Made by a program: the position numbers and the translations under genes. The notes beneath the pieces are model-generated. The model was not told the origin of the DNA. It saw only the letters and a list, made by a program, of their open reading frames with translations, and searched no databases. From Pelagibacterales bacterium SAG-MED05 (lineage in GTDB: Bacteria > Pseudomonadota > Alphaproteobacteria > Pelagibacterales > Pelagibacteraceae), in NCBI GenBank assembly GCA_014654415.1, contig JACWDC010000002.1:71841-135840 (forward strand): a stretch of 64,000 nucleotides of DNA, written 5' to 3'. Below, one piece after another: positions 23,693 to 32,674 of the stretch. The stretch's first letter is position 1; every line of letters starts with the position of its first letter.

Positions 23693-25085
23693 GATTTTTA
23701 CTTAATATTTTATAATACTCAGCTCTATTTAAATTAGAAATATAATATTTTCCTTTTTTCAAAAATTGAAAAATTTTTAAATGATCAATATTTATTTGAT
23801 AAGCTGTTTTTAAATTCATTTTTAAAATCAAGGAAAAAAGGACTCTTAAAAAAAAACTATGAGAAATGATTAATATTTTTGAACCACTTTTAAAATTATT
23901 TAAAAAATTAAGAAATTTTTTGGCTCTTTTTTTTACATCATGAGTATTTTCACCTTGTGGAAATTTTACATCAATTCCATTTTTCCAAGATTCAAATAAA
24001 TGTGGATATTTTTTTTTTGTTTCCATAATAGTTAGGCCATCTGCATTTCCATAATCAATTTCATTGATTAATTCATTATTTAAAATCTTTTTTGCTGAAA
24101 AAAAGTTTCTTGTCATCTTTGCCCTAAGAAGATTGCTAGTAATGATATAATTATATTTGATATTGTTAATTTTCTTTCTTTTAATATTTTTAATTTTAGG
24201 GTCAATTCGAGATCCTAAAAATAATTTTTTTTTATTCATAGAAGTTTGAGCATGTCTTATAAAATTTAATTCAATATATTCATTTTTAACCTTTTCAAGA
24301 TATTGATTAAAATTTTTTATGAAACTTAAAGCCAAACTAACAATACTCGGGTCATACACTAAATCTTTGTTTTTCTTTCTTTCCCTCAACAATTTAAAAT
24401 TTTTTAAAAGTCTTTGATTATTTCTAGTAATTTTAAGAAACAAATTATCGAATTGCTTTCCTTTAACTTTAGTATTCTTTTTATGTAAATATTTGTAAAG
24501 ATTTATTACTAGGAAATTTATAATGTGATAGACAAATTCACCTCTATTCCTTGGATTAATTTTAATAAATTTTTTTTTTTCAATTACTTTATTGTCTTGA
24601 AATTTATACTGTCTTATGGAAATTCTATTTTTTTTAATATCTTTCATATACTCTCCAGAATTTCGTCTTGCTTCGTAAAAATCACTTAGATGTAATTGTT
24701 TTACTGAAAAAATATCTTTTAAAGATTTTCCTCTGTAAATTTTTGACCTTTCCCAGTCAAAGCAAGTAAATGGACTTTTCAAAACATGGTTTTTATGAGA
24801 TTCTAAATCATATATCATTAGATGAATTGGTAATGAAGTTTCATTGCTAATTTTCATTGGGCCAAATGTAGAGTTGATTAAAGTATTAATTTTAAATTTT
24901 TTTTTTTTTACTCGTTTTAATATCTTTAGAAAAACTTTTTTTGTTAATTTTTTACAAATTACTACAACGTCTATATCGCCAATTTTTTTAATATCTTTAT
25001 TTTCAGAATATGAGCCTACTATTGATGCAGAAACAACATCTTTGTCTTTAATTAGCTCACTAATAATAGCCTCTCCAATTTTCAT
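23685..25085 (-). CDS. Fusion: Pol-beta-superfamily nucleotidyltransferase + histidine phosphatase
   Basis: N-terminal hGS...DIDVVV; C-terminal FIRHAQT, TSNLLRA..T, NEIDYG..DG, FPQGE, IISH. Confidence 0.75.
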   Translation of the reverse strand: MKIGEAIISELIKDKDVVSASIVGSYSENKDIKKIGDIDVVVICKKLTKKVFLKILKRVKKKKFKINTLINSTFGPMKISNETSLPIHLMIYDLESHKNHVLKSPFTCFDWERSKIYRGKSLKDIFSVKQLHLSDFYEARRNSGEYMKDIKKNRISIRQYKFQDNKVIEKKKFIKINPRNRGEFVYHIINFLVINLYKYLHKKNTKVKGKQFDNLFLKITRNNQRLLKNFKLLRERKKNKDLVYDPSIVSLALSFIKNFNQYLEKVKNEYIELNFIRHAQTSMNKKKLFLGSRIDPKIKNIKRKKINNIKYNYIITSNLLRAKMTRNFFSAKKILNNELINEIDYGNADGLTIMETKKKYPHLFESWKNGIDVKFPQGENTHDVKKRAKKFLNFLNNFKSGSKILIISHSFFLRVLFSLILKMNLKTAYQINIDHLKIFQFLKKGKYYISNLNRAEYYKILSKNHD

Positions 25086-26146
25086 TTTTCGTATCTTGAT
25101 ACCGTTTGAAGCATCATAATTTTTCTAACTGGGCGATTACTGTTTAAAACTTCTGAACCTGAAACCACTTTTTCACTTATGAATTTATTAATAATATTGC
25201 TTTTTACTCCACCATCTACACATACTGTTAATTTATTTCTAAATTTAAGAGAATTTATTCTGTTTATTAAATTTAATGATTTCTCATAAAATTTTTGGCC
25301 CGACAATCCTGGTTTCTCAATGCTTAAAACTAATATTTGTTCAAATCCACTCGTTACACTCTCAAGATTTTGATACTCATTAATAGAGTGTAAAACTAGA
25401 CCCGGAATTTTATTGTTATCTTTGATCTTTTTAATTACCTCATTTTTATTAGCAATTTCATGATGTACGTAAATTATGTCAGAAAAATTTAATATGTTTT
25501 CTTTTAATAGTTCATTAGGATTTTTAGACATTATATGTGTTTCGATTGAATGATTTGGCCAGTAGGCCTTGACTACCTCAAGCTTTGATAAGTTTGGATT
25601 TAAAGCTTTGTCGTTCATAGTTTTGTCAACTATATCTACATGAATAAAATCTGGATATGGTCCGATTGAATTATATATTTTATTAATATCTTCATATCCA
25701 TTAGCATAAATAGCTACTCCAACTCTTCTATTTTCTTTGAAGGAAAATTTTGTATGAAAAAAATATGCTATAAGAAAAAAACTTCCCGAAATCAGAATTC
25801 TTGCTTCTTCAAAACTATAATTACTTAACTCAATTTTATTTTTTAGATAATATTGAAATAAATATGAAAATGTAGAAATTGTAAAAAAATAAAATAGTGA
25901 TTTTTTTAAATAAATTTTTGGAACATTAAAATTAAGTTTTATATTAAAATAGAAAGCAAATAAAATTCCACATAATAAAGATGAGTGCAAAAAGAGCTCA
26001 TTAGAAGAAATATATTTATAGATTAATTTTCTTAAAAAAAGTTCGAAAACTAAAGATAAAAAACCAATTACTATATAAATTATTAGGTGTTTTTTTTTAT
26101 AAAAAAAAAAATTTATATTTCTAATAAAGTCATTTTTGAAAATCAT
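25082..26146 (-). CDS. Fusion: GtrA-like 4-TM flippase + ribulose-phosphate 3-epimerase
   Basis: About 130-aa hydrophobic N-terminus (YIVIG, FYFN..LNF pattern); then HVDIVD, ETHIM, PGLSGQKF, VDGGV, VSGS of the Rpe family. Confidence 0.7.
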   Translation of the reverse strand: MIFKNDFIRNINFFFYKKKHLIIYIVIGFLSLVFELFLRKLIYKYISSNELFLHSSLLCGILFAFYFNIKLNFNVPKIYLKKSLFYFFTISTFSYLFQYYLKNKIELSNYSFEEARILISGSFFLIAYFFHTKFSFKENRRVGVAIYANGYEDINKIYNSIGPYPDFIHVDIVDKTMNDKALNPNLSKLEVVKAYWPNHSIETHIMSKNPNELLKENILNFSDIIYVHHEIANKNEVIKKIKDNNKIPGLVLHSINEYQNLESVTSGFEQILVLSIEKPGLSGQKFYEKSLNLINRINSLKFRNKLTVCVDGGVKSNIINKFISEKVVSGSEVLNSNRPVRKIMMLQTVSRYEK

Positions 26147-26838
26147 CTTTGGCCATAATATCTATTTTTTCCAAATTTTCTTTCGAAATGTTTTTGTGAT
26201 ATATGTGCAGGTAATTTACTTTTTACTTTAATTTGTTCTGAATAATATGCTATTTCTGAAATAAATTCTAACATCTCTGAATAGTTGACGGCGCTATCAT
26301 AATCGTTACCCCAACAAAATGGGCCATGTCCGGCTACAATAACTCCTGGGCAAGTTTTAGTGCTAACTTTAAGTTTTTTTAATAATTTTACAATCAAGTA
26401 ACCAGTATTCTTTTCATATTGGTTAAGTTGTTTTTTATTTAGATAACCAGTAACTGGTACTTTACCAGACCAATAATCTGCATGGGTAGTACCATAGATT
26501 GGAATTGATTTTCCAGTTTGTGCCCAAGCTGTTGCATATTTAGAATGAGTATGGGAAATACTATTCAAATGATCAAAAGTTTTATATAAAATTTGATGTG
26601 TTGGTGTGTCAGTCGAAGGATTGTATTTGCCTTTTACTTTCTTACCATCAGTAATTCTTATTATTGGACATTCTCTTTCATTTATCTTTGATGGAAATAC
26701 TCCACTTGGCTTAATTGTAAAATATTTTTTATCAATTCTTATACTTACATTAGAAAAAGTTTGAATACTTAATTCTTTTTTAACTAATCTAATATTTTGA
26801 TTTTTACATACTTTGATAAAATTTTTAAAATTTTTCAT
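26143..26838 (-). CDS. araD: L-ribulose-5-phosphate 4-epimerase (AraD family, class II aldolase fold)
   Basis: NVS, IKPSG, PSTDTPTH, HTHSKYATAWAQ, GTTHADY, GHGPFCWG, C-terminal KHF.RK.G...YYGQ. Confidence 0.85.
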   Translation of the reverse strand: MKNFKNFIKVCKNQNIRLVKKELSIQTFSNVSIRIDKKYFTIKPSGVFPSKINERECPIIRITDGKKVKGKYNPSTDTPTHQILYKTFDHLNSISHTHSKYATAWAQTGKSIPIYGTTHADYWSGKVPVTGYLNKKQLNQYEKNTGYLIVKLLKKLKVSTKTCPGVIVAGHGPFCWGNDYDSAVNYSEMLEFISEIAYYSEQIKVKSKLPAHISQKHFERKFGKNRYYGQR

Positions 26839-26846
26839 AATAATAT

Positions 26847-27908
26847 TTATACTTTATCAGATTTCTTTAAAAAGATATAAAATATCAAATAAACAATAAT
26901 TAAAGAAAAAAACCAATATCTGCATATTACACTATTTTCAGCATAAAAGACGCTAGGGATAACTAATAAAGAAAAAATAAAATTAATAAAAATAGAGTTA
27001 ATATAATTAGCTGAATTAGCGTCAAATGAATTGCGTATCATTTTATAAGATAACATATGCAAATGTTTGTTATCAGGAAATACTGGTGACTTTTTTTCAT
27101 AAATTTTTCTAATAAATGAAAAAAATACTTCAAAAAATAAATAAAATAGTAAAATACAAAAGAAAAAAGATGAAATATCTGAATTCAAATTATTTGTAAA
27201 AATTGTATTTAAAGCAACTAAAGATCCAAATAAATATGCTCCACTATCACCAAAAAACATTTTAGCTTTTGGAAAATTAAAAAGAAGAAATGAAATTAGA
27301 ATAATAATTTGAGCTGTTAAAAAAAATGAAAATTCAAATTGACTATTGTTTAAATTTATAAATAACAAAATAGAATTAATAATTATTAAGTTAATTGCTA
27401 AAAGACCATTAAAACCATCAATCAAATTTGCTCCGTTCACTATAAATAAAAAACATAGCAGTATGAAAATTGTTGAAAAAATTTTATTGTCTAACAAGGA
27501 ATTTAAAAAAATTAAGTCAACATATTTAACTTCTATAGGTAAAAAAATTATAAAGATGATCAAAAGTATAATCATCAATATCAGTCTCAGATTTGGGCTA
27601 AATTTTATTTTAACATCATCTAAATAACCCAATAAAAATAGACTAGTGCATAAAAAAACATATTCAAAAAGAATCTTTGAAAAAAGAAGATAATAGATTC
27701 CAAAAAAAATAAATAAAGAAATAATGCTTGCTACGCCTCCGCTGCGAGTAATCGCTTCATTGTGAAAGGCTTGAGGTTTAGAAAAATCTTGATCTAAAAG
27801 TACACTATTATTAAATTTGTAAGAATATTTACTTATGATTAAAAAGATAAAAAAAGTTATAAATGAAAAAATTGATAAAAAACTTAATTCAACTGAATCT
27901 GTCTGCAT
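26847..27908 (-). CDS. MraY/WecA-like polyprenyl-phosphate sugar-phosphate transferase (GT4 Pfam family)
   Basis: GYLDD, NGANLIDGFNGL, FNFPKAKMFFGDSGAY, PDNKHLH. Confidence 0.88.
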   Translation of the reverse strand: MQTDSVELSFLSIFSFITFFIFLIISKYSYKFNNSVLLDQDFSKPQAFHNEAITRSGGVASIISLFIFFGIYYLLFSKILFEYVFLCTSLFLLGYLDDVKIKFSPNLRLILMIILLIIFIIFLPIEVKYVDLIFLNSLLDNKIFSTIFILLCFLFIVNGANLIDGFNGLLAINLIIINSILLFINLNNSQFEFSFFLTAQIIILISFLLFNFPKAKMFFGDSGAYLFGSLVALNTIFTNNLNSDISSFFFCILLFYLFFEVFFSFIRKIYEKKSPVFPDNKHLHMLSYKMIRNSFDANSANYINSIFINFIFSLLVIPSVFYAENSVICRYWFFSLIIVYLIFYIFLKKSDKV

Positions 27909-27909
27909 T

Positions 27910-28797
27910 TTATTTTTCTACGCCTTTATTATTTTTTTTTACAATATAAATACCAAGCATTATTATAATCAATGAAATTAAAACTCTCCAAGTTATTATT
28001 TCATCCATTAAAAAATATCCAAATATAACTCCAAAAATAGGAATTAAATAAGCTACTTGAGTTTGAAAAACTAAACCATTCACAGTTAATATTCTAAATC
28101 TAATTAACCATGCTAGTCCAGTTGCAACTATTCCAAGATATAAAAGTGCTAAAGTAGATTCTAAAGAGGGATTTAATTGCCATGGTGTTTCAAAAATCAT
28201 AGATAAAGGAAATAAAAAAATCACAGACCAAAGCGTTGTCGATGTTGTAACATTTTCATTTCCTTTAGTTTTTAATTTTAAGGTTAAAATCCCTCCGATA
28301 GAATAAAATGTAGAACCCGCAATAGTAATTAATACATAAATATAATTACTTTCATTAATAATCAATTTATCAAAAAATAAAAATAATATACCTAAAAAAC
28401 CGATTAAAATTCCGATAGATTTTAATAAAGTTATTTTTTCATTTTTAGTGAAAAAATGAGCAAGAATTGATCCGCTCATGGGAGTAGTGCTCATTAGCAT
28501 TGCAGCTAAATAGCTATTAATTCCAGCTGTTCCGATGGCAATTAAAGTAAATGGAATTGCAATATTACAAAGACCGATGATGGCATATGGTTTCCAATTT
28601 TTTGTAAAAGCTTCTATCTTAATGTTTTTGTACTTACAGAGTAAAAATAAAGGTATGCTTGCAAATACAACTCTAATCAAAGCTAATGTAAATGGATCGT
28701 AGGAATAAGTTGCAATTTTAATATTAAAAAAAGAAGAGCCCCAAATTAGCCCAAGCAACCCTAAAAGAAATAAGTCTATTGATTTGGCTTCTCTCAT
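27910..28797 (-). CDS. DMT/EamA family transporter
   Basis: About 10 TM; IWGSSF start, duplicated EamA pattern, YLIPIFGV. Confidence 0.88.
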   Translation of the reverse strand: MREAKSIDLFLLGLLGLIWGSSFFNIKIATYSYDPFTLALIRVVFASIPLFLLCKYKNIKIEAFTKNWKPYAIIGLCNIAIPFTLIAIGTAGINSYLAAMLMSTTPMSGSILAHFFTKNEKITLLKSIGILIGFLGILFLFFDKLIINESNYIYVLITIAGSTFYSIGGILTLKLKTKGNENVTTSTTLWSVIFLFPLSMIFETPWQLNPSLESTLALLYLGIVATGLAWLIRFRILTVNGLVFQTQVAYLIPIFGVIFGYFLMDEIITWRVLISLIIIMLGIYIVKKNNKGVEK

Positions 28798-28957
28798 TTT
28801 GAGTGTAATCGGATAACGTAATATATTGTGTTATGAATTAAGTGCATAGCTGGTATATGTTAATATCTATATCTTGAAATTAGATGATTATATATTAGAT
28901 ATGTTCAATATAGTTTTTAAAAATTAATGCAATTTTAAAATAGCAAGGATTTAAAAC

Positions 28958-30364
28958 ATGAGTTCTAAAAATGTTCTAAAATTAATTAAAGATAAACAAG
29001 TAGAATTTGTTGACCTGAGATTTACTGATCCAAAAGGTAAGCTTCAACACCTAACTATGGACTCTTCTGTCGTTGATCAAGATATGCTTGATAAAGGTGT
29101 GTTTTTTGATGGTTCTTCTATTGCTGGATGGAAAGCTATTAATGAGTCTGACATGATTTTAAAGCCAGATTTAGACAGACCGATTATAGATCCTTTTAAT
29201 TCACATACTACATTAAATATATTTTGCGATATTTTAGATGCTGTGAAAAAAAATCCTTACGAGAGAGATCCAAGAGGAACAGCAAAAAAAGCAGAAGCTT
29301 ATTTGAAAAAATCAGGCATTGGAGATAAAGCTTATTTTGGTCCTGAGCCGGAATTTTTTGTATTTGATGATGTTAGATTTAAGAACGATATGAATGAAAC
29401 CAGTTTTACAATAGATAGCTCAGAAGGTCCTTATAATACTGGTAAAAAATATGAAAATGGAAATATGGGCCACAGACCAGGTATTAAAGGAGGATATTTT
29501 CCAGTTCCTCCAGTTGATAGTGCACAGGATATGCGAGGAGAATATTTAAAAGCTTTAAAAGACATGGGCGTTAAAGTTGAAAAACATCATCATGAAGTTG
29601 CTCCTAGTCAACATGAGTTGGGAATGTACTTTGGAACGTTAACAGACATGGCTGACAATGTTCAGCTTTATAAGTATGCAGTTCAAATGGTTACACACTC
29701 ATTTGGAAAAACAGCTACATTTATGCCTAAACCAGTTAAAGGCGATAACGGTTCCGGAATGCATTGCCACCAATCAATTTGGAAAGGAAGCTCTCCAGTA
29801 TTTATGGGTAAAGAATATGCCGGTTTATCAAAAACTGCTCTTTACTACATTGGGGGAATTTTAAAACACGCAAAAGCAATAAATGCTTTTGCTAATGCTA
29901 CTACTAATAGTTACAAAAGATTGATACCAGGTTTTGAAGCTCCAGTAATTTTAGCTTATTCAGCAAGGAATAGATCTGCTTCATGCAGAATACCAATTAT
30001 TATGAATCCAAAAGCAGCTAGAATGGAGATTAGATTTCCAGATGCCGCAGGAAATCCTTATTTAACATTTGCGTCAATGTTAATGGCAGGAATAGATGGA
30101 ATAAAAAATAAAATTGATCCAGGAAAATCTTTTGATGAAGATTTATATTCTTTATCTGAAGACGAGGTGAAGAAATTACCTACAGTTTGTGGCTCATTAA
30201 GAGAAGCTATGCAAAATCTAGATAAAGATAGAAAATTTTTAACTCAAGGTGGGGTTTTTACTGATGATCAAATTGATGCATATATAGATCTAAAATTTCA
30301 AGAAATCTACAAATTTGAACATACACCGCATCCAATTGAGTTTGAGATGTACTACAGTGGATAG
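28958..30364 (+). CDS. glnA: Glutamine synthetase type I
   Basis: FDGSSIAGW, HHHEVA..QHE, FMPKP..GDNGSGMH, RNRSA..RIP. Confidence 0.98.
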   Translation: MSSKNVLKLIKDKQVEFVDLRFTDPKGKLQHLTMDSSVVDQDMLDKGVFFDGSSIAGWKAINESDMILKPDLDRPIIDPFNSHTTLNIFCDILDAVKKNPYERDPRGTAKKAEAYLKKSGIGDKAYFGPEPEFFVFDDVRFKNDMNETSFTIDSSEGPYNTGKKYENGNMGHRPGIKGGYFPVPPVDSAQDMRGEYLKALKDMGVKVEKHHHEVAPSQHELGMYFGTLTDMADNVQLYKYAVQMVTHSFGKTATFMPKPVKGDNGSGMHCHQSIWKGSSPVFMGKEYAGLSKTALYYIGGILKHAKAINAFANATTNSYKRLIPGFEAPVILAYSARNRSASCRIPIIMNPKAARMEIRFPDAAGNPYLTFASMLMAGIDGIKNKIDPGKSFDEDLYSLSEDEVKKLPTVCGSLREAMQNLDKDRKFLTQGGVFTDDQIDAYIDLKFQEIYKFEHTPHPIEFEMYYSG

Positions 30365-30367
30365 TTT

Positions 30368-30703
30368 TTAAATTTTAAAAGACTCTCCACAACCACATCG
30401 TTCAGTTTCATTAGGATTTTTGAAAACAAATTGTGATGAGAATTTTTCTTTTTTATAGTCCATTTCTGTACCTAAAAGATACATTATAGCTTTTGGATCT
30501 ATTAAAACTTTAACTCCTTTATCTTCAATAACTTCTTCGTTAGGCTTAACTTCTTTTGCATACTCCATAACATAAGACATGCCAGCACAACCTCCAGATT
30601 TTACACCAACTCTAACTCCAATAGTTGAATTTTTTGCTTGTAACATAATCTCTTTAATTCTGCTTACAGCTTTATCGCTAAGTTTAATTATCTTTTCGTT
30701 CAT
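30368..30703 (-). CDS. sufA: A-type Fe-S carrier (IscA/SufA, HesB family)
   Basis: GGCAGMSY and NPN..ERCGCGESF. Confidence 0.9.
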   Translation of the reverse strand: MNEKIIKLSDKAVSRIKEIMLQAKNSTIGVRVGVKSGGCAGMSYVMEYAKEVKPNEEVIEDKGVKVLIDPKAIMYLLGTEMDYKKEKFSSQFVFKNPNETERCGCGESFKI

Positions 30704-31008
30704 GCTAAATAATCTAATTCTAATTGCGCTGCTTCTGACATTTTTTCTTTAGTCCAAGGTGGATCCCAAACCAATTTGAGATTAACATCATCTACTCCAT
30801 CAATTTTCATTATATTGGTTTTAACTTCATTTGGCAATTCTTCAGCAACTGGACAATTTGGAGAAGTTAAAGTCATGTCTATACTTACTTTTTTCTTATC
30901 AATTATCTCAATTTTATATATTAAGCCTAGTTCATAGATATTTACTGGTATTTCAGGATCATAAATCTTCTTAATTTCTTTTATTACTTCTTCTTTTAAG
31001 TTGCTCAT
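30700..31008 (-). CDS. sufT: SUF Fe-S assembly protein (DUF59/SufT)
   Basis: DPEIPVNIYELGLIY, MTLTSPNCP, WDPPW; start moved to MSNLK. Confidence 0.88.
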   Translation of the reverse strand: MSNLKEEVIKEIKKIYDPEIPVNIYELGLIYKIEIIDKKKVSIDMTLTSPNCPVAEELPNEVKTNIMKIDGVDDVNLKLVWDPPWTKEKMSEAAQLELDYLA

Positions 31009-31009
31009 A

Positions 31010-31456
31010 TTAAATATCTTTCTTTTCAATAGCAGACAATAATGTGTGCCATGCCATAGTAGCACATTTTATTCTCATAGGGAATTCCTGAACTCCAGAT
31101 AAGGAATTAATTGTAGTTACTTGGTCTTCTGATAGGCTATTTAAAGTTATCTTTCTTTTAGTTTTAAGCATATTTAAAAAATCATCAGTAACTTTTTTTG
31201 TAAAAGACAAATCTTTTCCCTTTAGGGTGTCAGTCAAAATTGATGCTGATGCCAAAGAAATTGCACATCCATCACCTTCAAAACTCAAACCTTTGATATT
31301 CTTGTCGTCATCTAAGTTTAAATAAATATGAACTTTATCACCACATAAGGGATTGTGAGCTTTTGCATCATGATTATAATTTTCACACTTGCCTTTATTG
31401 CGTGGATTTTTTGCATGATCTAAAATTATTTCTTGATACAGTTCTTTAAGTTCCAT
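31010..31456 (-). CDS. sufU: SufU sulfur-transfer protein (NifU N-terminal-like)
   Basis: LYQEIILDH, NPLCGD, GCAIS.ASAS, RIKCA; no LPPVK motif. Confidence 0.88.
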   Translation of the reverse strand: MELKELYQEIILDHAKNPRNKGKCENYNHDAKAHNPLCGDKVHIYLNLDDDKNIKGLSFEGDGCAISLASASILTDTLKGKDLSFTKKVTDDFLNMLKTKRKITLNSLSEDQVTTINSLSGVQEFPMRIKCATMAWHTLLSAIEKKDI

Positions 31457-32674
31457 TTAAATATTAAAAACCTTTTTACAGTTATTGATAGCGTTACAAA
31501 GTATATCTATATCCTCCTTAGAGTTATAAACTCCAATTGACGCTCTTGCAGTAGCTGGTATGCCAATTTTATCATGTAATATTTGACAGCAATGATGGCC
31601 TGCTCTTATAGCAACGCCATCTTCGTCTAATATTGTTGCAATATCATGTGGATGTATCCCTTTTATAGTAAAACTCATCACAGAACCTCTTTCTTTCGGA
31701 TCTCCAATTATATTTATTGAATTATTTTTTTTTAATTTTTCAATACCATATTCCAAAATTTCATTTTCATGATTTTGAATATTCTTAATTCCTAATTTTT
31801 CAATAAAATTAATTGCTTCTGAGAAAGCCACAACCTCTGCAGTCTGCAAAGTTCCCGCTTCAAATTTTGTAGGTGAATCAGCAAACGAAACTCTGTCTTT
31901 AAGTACTTCGCTTATCATTCCGCCTCCGCCTTGATATGGTGGCAATTTTTCTAGCCATTTTTTTTTTGCATAAAGAACTCCTAGTCCATTTGGACCATAC
32001 ATTTTGTGACATGATATTGCATAAAAATCACAATCTAGTTCTTGAATATCTATTTTCAAATGTGGCGCTCCTTGAGTGCCATCTACTAAAACAGGAATAT
32101 TTTTTTCTTTAGCTAAATCAACAATTTTTTTTATGGGCATTATAGCTCCAGTTACGTTTGATATATGGGTGATAGCTATTATTTTCGTTTTAGAATTTAT
32201 AATTTTTTTTATTTCATCAATTTCAACCTCTCCTCGCTCGTTAACAGGCGCGAATATAATTTTTGCACCTTTTTTTTGTCTTATAAAATGCCATGGGACA
32301 TAATTTGAATGATGTTCTAATTCTGTTGTCAAAATCTCATCTCCTTCTTCTATGAACTTCTCTCCAAAAGATGAAGCAACTAAGTTAATCGACTCGGTTG
32401 CACTCTTAGTAAAAATGATTTCTTCTCTGTGTTTTGCATTTAAATATTTTTGAACTTTATCTCTAGTTTCCTCGAATCTGTTAGTTGCTTTTACGGCTAA
32501 TGAGTGAACACTTCTTCCTACATTAGAAAACTCAGTTTCATAAAAATCTGACATTCTATTTATAACAGCTTTTGGTTTTTGAGATGAATTAGCACTATCC
32601 AGGTAAACTAAAGGCTTACCATTTATTCTTTGCTTAAATATTGGAAATTCTGATTTAATATTTTTAATATCCAT
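31457..32674 (-). CDS. sufS: Cysteine desulfurase SufS
   Basis: LVYLDSA.SSQKP, EHHSN, HKMYGP, RAGHHC. Confidence 0.95.
   Translation of the reverse strand: MDIKNIKSEFPIFKQRINGKPLVYLDSANSSQKPKAVINRMSDFYETEFSNVGRSVHSLAVKATNRFEETRDKVQKYLNAKHREEIIFTKSATESINLVASSFGEKFIEEGDEILTTELEHHSNYVPWHFIRQKKGAKIIFAPVNERGEVEIDEIKKIINSKTKIIAITHISNVTGAIMPIKKIVDLAKEKNIPVLVDGTQGAPHLKIDIQELDCDFYAISCHKMYGPNGLGVLYAKKKWLEKLPPYQGGGGMISEVLKDRVSFADSPTKFEAGTLQTAEVVAFSEAINFIEKLGIKNIQNHENEILEYGIEKLKKNNSINIIGDPKERGSVMSFTIKGIHPHDIATILDEDGVAIRAGHHCCQILHDKIGIPATARASIGVYNSKEDIDILCNAINNCKKVFNI

Noticed and set aside
23102-25085. Firm call of a CBASS-like anti-phage system
   Set aside because: No recognisable effector (patatin, SAVED, TIR, nuclease), and the genes are coupled inside a sugar operon; kept only as an alternative hypothesis.
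26143-26838. araD as evidence of L-arabinose catabolism
   Set aside because: No araA, araB, sugar ABC transporter or regulator nearby; the context is glycan biosynthesis.
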